Shown one piece after another: positions 31,220 to 40,397 of a stretch of 64,000 bases of DNA (positions are counted from its first letter, which is position 1; each line of letters begins with the position of its first letter). The DNA is from a virus: the IMG/VR virus record IMGVR_UViG_3300033145_001156, positions 32,001 to 96,000 of that record. One strand, 5' to 3'. The notes under the pieces were generated by a model that searched no databases, was not told where the DNA came from, and saw nothing but the letters and a program-made list of their open reading frames with translations. The position numbers were made by a program, and so were the translations under genes.

Positions 31220-32363
31220 CAACCTGCCCTTGCTGAAGGAGCAGATCCTCGTCCTGCGGAGCGACCCGTTCGTGGACGAGATCGTGGTAGTCAGCAATGG
31301 TTCTAATGATGGAACTAATGAATGGTTAAAGGAGCAAGATATTATTTCTGTTATTAGGGAGAACGACGGGGCCGGGCCTGGCAGGAACGCTGGTCTTGAT
31401 ATGGCAGGAGAGTTCGACTACGTGCTCATGCTCGACGGCGGGATCAGGCCGCTGGTGAACGGGACGGGGCACATGCTGGACTACCTGGAGAGGCACCCCG
31501 GGGTCGACGTCCTCGGGCTGGAGGTCCCGCACTTCGAGACCGACAGGGGGAGGGCGTGGCGTAGGTGGCCTAGGCCAATAACTGACGACCAGACGTACAG
31601 GCACAGCCATCTAAGCCTCACGGCGTATTGCCTCTCGCGGGCGCGCGCGTGGGACGGGCTGAGGTTCAGCGAGGAGGGGCCGTTCGGGGAGCCCGGGTGG
31701 GGCGTGGACGATGACGAGATGGCCTGCCAATGGGCCGAGGCGGGGATAGTCCTGTACTCAGTAACTAACATCCACCCCTACAGGCGGGGGTCGGGCAGCT
31801 TCAGGAGGCTGTTCCTGGAGACGGGCGTCTGGCCGAACCAGTACGGATCGGTATACGAGAAGAGGCTGGTCTGGATGCAGCAGAACTGGCCGCAGTACGG
31901 GCGGGGGGTGCAATGGGGAGAACCCTGGCTTACCATCGTCGTCAAGGTCGGGGAACTGGAGGGGACGGCCAGGATCATCAAGCGCGCGCACAACATGCTG
32001 AGGAGGAGGGCGTTCGGGGAGCCGTGGGACGCCATCCCGAACCCGTACAGCATCGTGGCGTGGGACCCGACCGAGGAGTTCACGGAGTGGGCCGAGCCGA
32101 GGCGGCTGAGGCAGCACCACGGCGACAGGATCATCGTGGACGGCAGGATCGTCAGGAGGGCGACGGAGAGCGGGGAGGTCTGGACGGGCGACTTCAGGGT
32201 GTGGAAAGGAGAAGATTGGAAGGGGGCTGTGAGGCCCAACGCTCACTACCATGCATTGGTGACCAGTGAGGGAGGGTTGGAGCAGGTGCTGAAGCGATAC
32301 AGTGAGATTTATCCCAGGCAGGAGAAGAACGTTTCCCCTGAAGCGAGAGAAGAGGTTGGCTAA
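31191..32363 (+). CDS. GT-A fold glycosyltransferase (GT2-like)
   Basis: IVVVSNGSNDGT, NDGAGPGRNAG, LMLDG and GWGVDDDE motifs. Confidence 0.82.
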   Translation: MLVAIITTLDNLPLLKEQILVLRSDPFVDEIVVVSNGSNDGTNEWLKEQDIISVIRENDGAGPGRNAGLDMAGEFDYVLMLDGGIRPLVNGTGHMLDYLERHPGVDVLGLEVPHFETDRGRAWRRWPRPITDDQTYRHSHLSLTAYCLSRARAWDGLRFSEEGPFGEPGWGVDDDEMACQWAEAGIVLYSVTNIHPYRRGSGSFRRLFLETGVWPNQYGSVYEKRLVWMQQNWPQYGRGVQWGEPWLTIVVKVGELEGTARIIKRAHNMLRRRAFGEPWDAIPNPYSIVAWDPTEEFTEWAEPRRLRQHHGDRIIVDGRIVRRATESGEVWTGDFRVWKGEDWKGAVRPNAHYHALVTSEGGLEQVLKRYSEIYPRQEKNVSPEAREEVG

Positions 32364-35300
32364 GAAGCATTTTCTGGCAGGGAGTTCAGGAGCATCCTCT
32401 AAATTTGAGTGGAATGAAGAATGGCGTGAAATCTCAGCCAGGCGTACTCGCACGTCTAAGACAAAACACCTTCATATCAATGGAAGTCCTACTGGGAAAT
32501 ATGGTTGGCATGGAACCATTGGTTCAATTCACTATCAGGACGAACAAGGCGATTGGCAAGAGATTGATGCAACGTTACGGCGCATCAATAACCCCCAGCT
32601 TGATGGCTGGCTAGTTACCCAAAACGGCTGGCACTTTGCCCTGGGTAAGCCAGGTGATAAAGACGATGATGGTTGGATAGGCTTCGGTGGTAGACAGGGG
32701 GCCAACTGGCTGAAATTCCGTTTGGATAAAGTCGGCTATCTTCATTGGCCGACTAGAGACTGGCAGGATATTGGCGGTGGTCCAACCCACGACCGTGGCA
32801 AGCTCACCCAGCATACTAATACCATGACAATCGGGCCAGAAGGAGCCGAGTCCAGTGTCAAAACCACGGGTTATGCTGAATGGACTGACCTTTGGCAAAC
32901 ACCAGACAATGGCGCTATTTCAGTCAAATGGCGAGTGGACGGAGAAAAGCTCAAAGAGGCTGTTACCGTTAGCCAGACGGCAAGAGAGTGGATTACAAAA
33001 AACAGACCTCCTGACACAACCCCAAGTGAAACTTACTTCGGCTTTGTCTATGAGCTTGATGTAAGCGACATCCCTAAATGGGTTAAGGGCGGTGTTTTAC
33101 AAGACATTGATGCTGACTTTGATGACGATAATAGCACAGCCAGGGTTGAACTACGCGACGCTATGGATAGGCTATTGGCCTTTCTGCCCGTCTCCTACGC
33201 TTATAGCCAAGAAGATGAACGTGGTTACCGAGAGCGCGTTGCCTTGCGCAAGCGGTTCTGGAAAGCTCCTAATGGCAAGCACTACCTCTTGGTAGGTGCG
33301 CTCGTTCCTAACTTGGCGAATCTGCCTGCTGGCGACATCATCTTCGACCCTAGCCCCTACTCAAGTGACGACCCGACAGAGGATGGATTCATTAAATATG
33401 AAAGTGGGCCAACCTATACTAGAGATAATACAGCTGATTATCTTAGATTTGGTGGTTATGGTGAATATACCATGTTTCCAACATGGTATTTTGACTACCG
33501 TGCTTATGTTGAGTGGAATATAACTGCTCTAGCTGGAGCTACTCTGACGACGAATCCGACATTCAAGTATCAAGGAACGTTTGATAGGACCCTTAATGAA
33601 GAGATAAACCCGATTTCAAGTCAGCCAAGTGAAGCGGAAGATGCAGACCTATACGCTGACATTGCAAGTGGTACAGCTTATGTGGACCCTTGGAACTTTG
33701 CTGTTGGCACAGGGCAAGAAGATGATTTGGGTTCTTCGGCCAAAACAGACCTCCAAAATGCTATTGATGCTTCACAGTCATGGTTCGCAATTGGTTTACA
33801 GGACCCGGTTGCCGAGGGAACGGGCGATGATGACCTTTCGAGTCGACTTTACTCCGAGAATAAGGACCCCGCCGCCGATCCGCCGCCAACGCTGTATGTA
33901 GAGTATGAAGAAGGTTCTTCATCATCTTCATCGAGTTCTAGCTCTAGTACCTCCTCAAGCAGCACATCATCAAGTTCTACGTCAAGCTCATCTACCAGCT
34001 CAAGCTCTACTTCGTCCTCAAGCACCAGCTCATCCTCAACTTCGAGTTCCAGCACGAGTAGTAGCATCTCATCATCATCAACGTCGAGTTCTTCTACGTC
34101 ATCCAGTTCGACATCCAGCAGCTCAACTTCTTCAAGCTCAACGAGCAGCTCAAGCACGTCTTCAAGTTCAACATCATCGTCAACATCAAGTAGTTCAACT
34201 TCTAGCTCTTCGACATCAAGCTCATCTACGAGCAGCAGCTCTACATCGTCTAGCAGCACGTCCAGTTCATCCACAAGTTCAAGCACGAGTTCATCTTCAA
34301 CATCCAGCAGCAGTACCTCATCTTCCAGCACGTCTAGTTCATCAACGAGCTCTTCATCAACATCATCATCAAGCATATCTAGTAGTAGCACTTCGTCAAG
34401 CTCTACATCTTCTTCTAGCACAAGTTCAAGTTCTACATCCAGTTCAAGTACCAGCTCGACGTCATCGAGCACCAGTTCTTCCTCGACGAGCAGCAGTAGT
34501 ATTAGCTCAAGTAGCACGTCCAGTTCAAGTACGTCTAGCAGTTCCACGTCTTCTTCGTCAACGAGTTCCACCTCGTCAAGTTCTACTTCTTCGAGTAGCA
34601 GCACTTCTTCGTCATCGACCAGCAGCAGTTCGACATCAAGTAGTTCCACCAGCTCGTCGTCCACGTCCAGCAGCACTTCGAGTTCGTCAACCAGTTCATC
34701 CAGCACGTCCAGCTCATCTACGTCGAGTAGCTCAACGAGCACCTCAAGCAGCAGCACATCCAGCTCATCGACAAGCTCTTCGACGAGTAGCAGCTCAACC
34801 TCCTCATCGTCAACGAGTTCTAGTTCAACCTCGTCGAGTTCCACGAGTTCGTCAACATCGAGCAGCAGCACTTCCTCAAGTTCCACATCTTCTTCGTCGA
34901 CTAGCTCAAGCAGCACGTCTTCGAGTTCGACTTCGTCTAGTTCCACTTCGAGCACGAGTAGCAGCTCGACATCGTCTTCGAGCACGTCAAGTTCCTCGAC
35001 AAGCTCAAGCTCCACGTCTAGCAGCAGCACTTCAAGCAGTTCTACATCAAGCACGAGTTCGAGCAGCACCTCGTCATCATCGACGAGTTCATCTTCAACC
35101 AGCAGCAGCACTTCGTCAAGCTCCACGTCCAGCTCTTCAACGTCATCCTCATCGACTTCAAGTTCCAGTACTTCATCATCCTCAACGTCCTCTAGCTCTA
35201 CCAGTAGTACGAGTTCAAGCAGCACGTCGTCTACTTCGAGTAGTAGCACTTCCAGTTCCAGCACAAGCTCATCTTCGACGTCTAGCAGCTCTACTTCCTC

Positions 35301-35895
35301 TAGTTCTACATCGAGCAGCAGTACATCTAGTAGTTCCACGTCGTCATCATCTACCAGCTCGTCTACAAGTTCCAGCAGCACATCGTCTAGCAGCACGAGT
35401 TCATCTTCCACATCAAGCAGCACATCGTCGTCCTCTACGTCATCTAGCAGCACTTCCAGTTCGTCAACGAGTAGCACATCAAGCTCAAGTACAAGCAGTA
35501 GTTCAACAAGTTCAAGCAGTACTTCATCATCTTCAACTTCCAGCTCCAGCACAAGTTCATCCTCCACGAGTAGCAGTTCCACATCATCAAGTACTTCGTC
35601 AAGTTCGACTTCAAGCGGCACGAGTTCATCTAGCACCAGTTCGTCATCCACCAGCATAAGCAGTTCAAGCTCAAGTTCGTCGTCGTCGTCAAGCAGTTCG
35701 AGCTCCTCGTACTCGGTGCCGCCGATGGAGTGCACGGCGCTGGATGTGGTGTGCGGCGCAACGACGATAACGGCGGTTGACGGTTGCGAGGGACCGATCA
35801 CGACATGCATGTGCAGCGCAACGGCGGTTGACGGTTGTGAGGGACCGATCGTGACATGCGCGTCCGGCGAGATAGAGGTAGAAGTATACGAGTAA
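32356..35895 (+). CDS. Large Ser/Thr-rich repeat protein: folded N-terminal domains, ~598-residue (TSSSS)n stalk, Cys-rich C-terminus
   Basis: TTG start overlapping the GT2 stop. DNRLRE-like segment (YRAYVEWNITAL...PPTLYVEY). Ser/Thr tract at 33916-35709. C-terminal TAVDGCEGPI occurs twice. Confidence 0.85.
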   Translation: MAKKHFLAGSSGASSKFEWNEEWREISARRTRTSKTKHLHINGSPTGKYGWHGTIGSIHYQDEQGDWQEIDATLRRINNPQLDGWLVTQNGWHFALGKPGDKDDDGWIGFGGRQGANWLKFRLDKVGYLHWPTRDWQDIGGGPTHDRGKLTQHTNTMTIGPEGAESSVKTTGYAEWTDLWQTPDNGAISVKWRVDGEKLKEAVTVSQTAREWITKNRPPDTTPSETYFGFVYELDVSDIPKWVKGGVLQDIDADFDDDNSTARVELRDAMDRLLAFLPVSYAYSQEDERGYRERVALRKRFWKAPNGKHYLLVGALVPNLANLPAGDIIFDPSPYSSDDPTEDGFIKYESGPTYTRDNTADYLRFGGYGEYTMFPTWYFDYRAYVEWNITALAGATLTTNPTFKYQGTFDRTLNEEINPISSQPSEAEDADLYADIASGTAYVDPWNFAVGTGQEDDLGSSAKTDLQNAIDASQSWFAIGLQDPVAEGTGDDDLSSRLYSENKDPAADPPPTLYVEYEEGSSSSSSSSSSSTSSSSTSSSSTSSSSTSSSSTSSSSTSSSSTSSSSTSSSISSSSTSSSSTSSSSTSSSSTSSSSTSSSSTSSSSTSSSTSSSSTSSSSTSSSSTSSSSTSSSSTSSSSTSSSTSSSSTSSSSTSSSSTSSSSTSSSSTSSSSISSSSTSSSSTSSSSTSSSSTSSSSTSSTSSSTSSSSTSSSSISSSSTSSSSTSSSSTSSSSTSSTSSSSTSSSSSTSSSSTSSSSTSSSSTSSSSTSSSTSSSSTSSSSTSSSSTSSSSTSTSSSSTSSSSTSSSTSSSSTSSSSTSSSSTSSSSTSSSTSSSSTSSSSTSSSSTSSSSTSSSSTSSSSTSSTSSSSTSSSSTSSSSTSSSSTSSSSTSSSSTSSTSSSSTSSSSTSSSSTSSSTSSSSTSSSSTSSSSTSSSSTSSSSTSSSSTSSTSSSSTSSTSSSSTSSSSTSSSSTSSSSTSSSSTSSSSTSSSSTSSSSTSSSTSSSSTSSSSTSSSSTSSSTSSSSTSSSSTSSSSTSSTSSSSTSSSSTSSSSTSSSSTSSSSTSSSSTSSSSTSSSTSSSSTSSGTSSSSTSSSSTSISSSSSSSSSSSSSSSSSYSVPPMECTALDVVCGATTITAVDGCEGPITTCMCSATAVDGCEGPIVTCASGEIEVEVYE
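33916..35709 (+). repeat. Protein-level Ser/Thr pentad repeat encoded by heavily mixed codons
   Basis: Almost only Ser (TCN and AGY) and Thr codons over 1794 nt, with no obvious exact DNA tandem unit. Confidence 0.95.
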
Positions 35896-35905
35896 AGGAG
35901 GTACG

Positions 35906-36190
35906 GTGGCGCAATACAGTGTAGGGGATTTGGTGAATTGCAGGGCCACGTTCACCGAGGGCGGGGTCGACGTGGACCCGATGACCATCGAGATGCACGT
36001 CCGGGTGCCGGACGGGACGGTGGACATCTACACACATGCTGGCGGGACCGTCACCCGGACAGCGGTGGGGGTCTACGAGTCAGAGTTCGAGGTCACCCAG
36101 TTCGGTGTCTACCACTACAAGTGGGTGTCGACCGGACCGGGTCAGGCCGCCGCCGAGATGGGGTTCCAGACGTTCTACACATCGTTCTGA
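35906..36190 (+). CDS. Small Ig-like/BppU-like virion protein
   Basis: VDP.T...VRVPDG..., VGVYE...TQFGVYHYKW beta-rich pattern; AAGGAGG RBS. Confidence 0.55.
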   Translation: MAQYSVGDLVNCRATFTEGGVDVDPMTIEMHVRVPDGTVDIYTHAGGTVTRTAVGVYESEFEVTQFGVYHYKWVSTGPGQAAAEMGFQTFYTSF

Positions 36191-36204
36191 GGAGACGGGC
36201 GGGT

Positions 36205-36234
36205 TTGCCATCGTCGGCGTAGGTGTGGTATAAT
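36205..36234 (+). promoter_or_regulatory. Promoter upstream of portal
   Basis: TTGCCA-18 bp-TATAAT with extended -10 (TGG). Confidence 0.65.
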
Positions 36235-36245
36235 AGGGGAACGAG

Positions 36246-37820
36246 GTGATCATGGGGATCAGGGAGAAGTTGGCTGGCAGGATAGCGCCGGACCTAGTGG
36301 CGACGATAGGTACGCAGTCAGAACTATTGGAGTCGCAGGGCCAGCAGATAGAGTGGCTGGCGAGAGAAGCAGCTAGAAACAGCAAGTTGCGTGAGCGATT
36401 AGCAAGCTGGGAGCTCTTTGAAGAAGATATTGGGTGGGAGAGGCTGGGGCCCAGCGGCGACCTAGACATGCCGGAGAGCACGAGGCAGTTCAAGGTGAGG
36501 CGGTCGCGGATCCTCTACAGGAGCGACCCGAACGCGCTGAGGATCGTCCAGCTCTACACCGACTACGTGGTGGGGGACGGGCTGTCGATCAAGGCCGCGA
36601 ACGAGGACGTCCAGGTGATAGTGGACTTGTTCCTGGGCGACAGGAAGAACAAGAAGCTGTTCAGCTCGCAGGGGCAGCGGGGATTCTCCAACAGGCTGCT
36701 GGTGGACGGGGAGACGTTCCCCGTCTACTTCCGCCCGACGGGGAAGAAGCGGGACGGTATCATCAAGGTCAGGCGGGTGTCCTCCCTGCAGATCGTCGAG
36801 ATACTGACCGACCCGGAGGACGAGCTGACCCCGCTGTGGTACCTGAGGCAGTGGAACGAGGGGGCCGAGACCAAGCACCTGTGGTACGCCGACAGGGACG
36901 CCACGGGCGAGGACTTGAAGAAGGTCGAAGAGTTCAGGGGGTACGAGCAGTCCGGCCTGAATGTGAGGATGTCGCAGGTGGTGTTCCACGCGCTGGGGAC
37001 GAGGGGGCAGGGCTTGCTGTTCACCATCCTGGACTGGCTGAACGAGTTCAAGCTGTTCATGGAGAGGCGGGCGACCATCATGGCCGCGCTGGCCCTGTTC
37101 GCGTGGAAGACGAAGACGACCGGGACCCCCAAGGAGGCCGAGCTGCTGAAGGCCATGTGGGGCACGGAGATAGACGACGTGAGGATGCCGCCCGCCTTCG
37201 CGGGGGCGAGGCTGATAGAGACCGAGGGGGCGGACACCGTCCCGATCAAGACTGACACCGGGGCGTCCGCCGCGCAGGTGGACGGCACGATGCTGTTCCA
37301 GCAGATATGCGTGGGGTCGGGGATACCCCCGCACATGCTCGCGCGCGGGGAGTACTGGAGGATGGCGACGGCCACCGCCCTCGACTGGACGCTGGAGAGG
37401 CAGTTCAAGGCGTACCAGTCCCTGCTGAGGGGATACTACAACGACGCAGTGCGCTACCAGCTGGAGTTCTCCGCCAACGCAGGCGCGAAGATGCCGAAGG
37501 ACGAGGCCGAGTGGGCGCTCGACCTGGACTTCCCGCCGCTGACCAGGGAGAAGACGAAGGACATGCTGGAGGCGCTGGCGATAGGCAGCGAGCTGGGGGT
37601 CCCCGCCGACGAGATCCTGTACAAGGCGCTGGTGGCGCTGGGGGTCGACAACCCGTCCGACATCGTGCAGCAGATGGAGAAGGGCGAGGTGGAAGAGGCC
37701 GAGGCCGCCATCGCGGGGTCGATCGAGGGCCGCGAGGAGGAGATCATCGAGTCGCTGACGCACTTCGCCAGGATGCTGAGGGACGACAGCATGATGGAGG
37801 CGTCCCTGGAGGAAGATTAG
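36246..37820 (+). CDS. Portal protein
   Basis: 524 aa; YVVGDGL, LLVDGE, EILTDPED, NATA-like MATA and LDFPP; position between terminase and head genes. Confidence 0.85.
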   Translation: MIMGIREKLAGRIAPDLVATIGTQSELLESQGQQIEWLAREAARNSKLRERLASWELFEEDIGWERLGPSGDLDMPESTRQFKVRRSRILYRSDPNALRIVQLYTDYVVGDGLSIKAANEDVQVIVDLFLGDRKNKKLFSSQGQRGFSNRLLVDGETFPVYFRPTGKKRDGIIKVRRVSSLQIVEILTDPEDELTPLWYLRQWNEGAETKHLWYADRDATGEDLKKVEEFRGYEQSGLNVRMSQVVFHALGTRGQGLLFTILDWLNEFKLFMERRATIMAALALFAWKTKTTGTPKEAELLKAMWGTEIDDVRMPPAFAGARLIETEGADTVPIKTDTGASAAQVDGTMLFQQICVGSGIPPHMLARGEYWRMATATALDWTLERQFKAYQSLLRGYYNDAVRYQLEFSANAGAKMPKDEAEWALDLDFPPLTREKTKDMLEALAIGSELGVPADEILYKALVALGVDNPSDIVQQMEKGEVEEAEAAIAGSIEGREEEIIESLTHFARMLRDDSMMEASLEED

Positions 37821-38025
37821 ATGATCGGCTACATCCCGTGTTACGACAAGATGAGTGACGATGCGGTGGTCGAGAAATATCTCAGGGTCGATACCGACAA
37901 ACTATGGGCCGGGATGACTGATGATGAGTTCTGGGCTACGACGAGATGGGTGCTGCCAGGACTTTGCGCAAAGCGCAAGAAAAGAGATTTAGGTGGCCTT
38001 ACGAGCTGCCGGAAAGGGACGGGGG

Positions 38026-38562
38026 ATGACTTGCATCATTGGGTTGGCTGAAGGCGGCAAGGTGTGGATCGGGGGCGATTCTGCCAGCAGTGATGGTAGT
38101 TGGATAGTCAGGGCCACCGCGATCGAGAAGGTGTTCCAGTGCCCACCGTTCCTCCTTGGGTGTGAGACGTCGTTTCGGATGATGCAGATCCTGCGCTATC
38201 ATCTCGGGGATCTGCCTGAACAAGGTGAGTCAAATACCACAGCGTATATGGTCAAGACGTTCGTGGAGCGCATCAGACGGATATTCAAGGAGCACGGTTT
38301 CGCCAAAATTGAGGACAGCAAGGAAGAGGGCGGCCAGTTCTTCGTGGGGTATAACGGTTGGTTATACCTGATCGGCTCCGACTTCCAGGTCAACAGCTAC
38401 CGGGACGGGCTGGACGCGATAGGGAGTGGGGCAAACCTCGCGCTGGGGGCCATGAAGGCGTTGGACTTTCTGCCGCCGAGGGAGCGCGTCGAGAGGGCAT
38501 TGGAGGTCGCGGCGTACTTCAGCGGGGGCGTGATGCCGCCGTTCACAGTATTGGAGGGATAG
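38026..38562 (+). CDS. HslV/proteasome-beta-like Ntn protease
   Basis: Starts M-T-CIIG (N-terminal Thr nucleophile); GGDS, EKVF and AIGSGA motifs. Confidence 0.75.
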   Translation: MTCIIGLAEGGKVWIGGDSASSDGSWIVRATAIEKVFQCPPFLLGCETSFRMMQILRYHLGDLPEQGESNTTAYMVKTFVERIRRIFKEHGFAKIEDSKEEGGQFFVGYNGWLYLIGSDFQVNSYRDGLDAIGSGANLALGAMKALDFLPPRERVERALEVAAYFSGGVMPPFTVLEG

Positions 38563-39602
38563 AATGTATGAAGTAGATAAGAAGATGTTCGAGCAGTTGG
38601 CTGCCCTAGAGCACGACCGGTGGTCGAGGTGGATGAAGTACATGTTTGCTAACCTGACAATGGAGAACCTGGTGCGGTGGAAGCGGCAGATGGACACGCA
38701 TTACAGGAATTTGTCAGAAGCTGAGAAGGAGAGCGACAGGAAGGAAGTGCGTCGGACTTTGGAGATTCTAAAGACAGATGTTGTGCGTAAATGGGAACCG
38801 TGGATGTCTGAGGGAGAATATTGTGCTAGTTGTGGCGGGTACACTTCAGAACCCTGTTTTCATGAGGGCAAGCCGTATTGTAGGGGCCACTTGCCTGGGA
38901 CCAAAGAGGAGGAAGAACGACACAAGGCGTATTTTGAGGGGCGGGAGGGATGATGAGCATCACTGCCGTGGATGAGGGTTGCAGGTATTGCGGGGGCTAC
39001 CACGCAGGAACGTGCCTGATGATCGAGGAGATTGAGTACTATCCCGACGGCTCGGTCAAGAGGGTGAAGCTGCGGCCTCAATTCGGGGGAGTTTATCACA
39101 GTGGACCAGAGGTGAACGTGACGTGGGTGTCAGATGACGTTGCCGAGGAGGACTCTGATGGCTAGAGACTGGGTTCCGGCGGCGTTCTACATCGCGGGGG
39201 GGATCGCCATCTTGACAGGTGTCGGGCTGATTCTCATGGGAATAGCATACAGGGTGCGATACCTATGTACGTGATCGTGTATTGCGGGTACGAGGGACTG
39301 GACAGGGTGCTGTGGGCCGGGGAGGAGGGGGCCGGGGAAGCCTGCCTCCGCATCCGGAAGCGCATCGTCGACAACCTGGAGCGTGTCGGCCTTCCCCCGA
39401 GGCCTGATGAAGACGACGAGGGCTGGAGCGCCGCACTGGACGAATGGTACGAGATGAAGGAGAAGGTCCGGGATATCATGAGCTGGCCCTGGTGGAGCAT
39501 GGATGATCCCGACAGGGTGTGCGTGATGAAGGACGTCGGGGACTTCGAGTACAGGTGCTGCTGCGAGGAGCTGGGTGTCGGGACGGAGAAGGAGTGGCTG
39601 TA

Positions 39603-40397
39603 TTGAGCAAGATCGAGGCGTTGATCAGGCTGCTGGAGGACGTGAGGTACAGGAGCAGGTACCGCAAGTCCACCGACCGGTACAAGACCGAGCTCCAGAA
39701 GACCTACGAGGAGTGGTACAGGGGACTCGCCAAGGACCTAGAGAAGGAGGAGAGCGAGGTCAAGCGCCGCAAGCTATCTGAGGCGGCTCTGCTCGTGCTC
39801 CTGATGGATCTCAAGAAGTTGGGCAGGGAGCGGCTGGAAGAGGCATACATGCAGTCTATAGAGGCCGTCGACATAACGCCAGAGATGGTGGACGAGATGG
39901 AGTTCATCATCGCCAGCAACGACGAGTACCTGGAAGACTCCCTGATGCCCGCCCTCAGGGAGAGGATCGAGAAGAACGTCACGTCCGAGATATGGTTCGC
40001 CGGGCTAGCCGCCATACTGGGGACGTTCACGGGGTTCACCGCGAGGGTCGGGCTGTACGCAGGAGCGTATTGGAACGCGATATGGAAAGGGGCCGCACAG
40101 AAACATAAAGTTCAGAATCGCGAGGAATGGCAGGTGCTCTGGCTAAAAGATCCCAGGGCTCAGCATTGTAAAAGTTGTTTGGAGTTCGCTGGAGCCTATG
40201 TCCATTATGATGCGATGCTAGTAGTGACTGGCGGGGCGACACCGTCGCATTTGGTTGACTGTAATGGTAACTGCCGATGTCTGCTCCTGACACGTTCCGG
40301 CCCTGAGATGGACTGGGTCGTGATGGGTTCCGGGGGCGTCACGGAGAGCATGAGGGAGAAGAGAGAGGAGATAACGTGGCAGAGTGGCGCAAGGTAG
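39603..40397 (+). CDS. MuF/gp7-like minor head morphogenesis protein
   Basis: Helical N-terminus; C-terminal W...HCKSC...CNGNCRC; downstream of the portal. Confidence 0.65.
   Translation: MSKIEALIRLLEDVRYRSRYRKSTDRYKTELQKTYEEWYRGLAKDLEKEESEVKRRKLSEAALLVLLMDLKKLGRERLEEAYMQSIEAVDITPEMVDEMEFIIASNDEYLEDSLMPALRERIEKNVTSEIWFAGLAAILGTFTGFTARVGLYAGAYWNAIWKGAAQKHKVQNREEWQVLWLKDPRAQHCKSCLEFAGAYVHYDAMLVVTGGATPSHLVDCNGNCRCLLLTRSGPEMDWVVMGSGGVTESMREKREEITWQSGAR

Noticed and set aside
33905-35659. 584-aa +1 frame ORF
   Set aside because: +1 codons of Ser/Thr runs start with C or G, so stops are essentially impossible; shadow of the stalk.
33849-35810. 653-aa antisense Leu/Val/Glu/Asp ORF
   Set aside because: Forced shadow: with only TCN/AGY/ACN codons on the + strand, this reverse frame cannot contain a stop.
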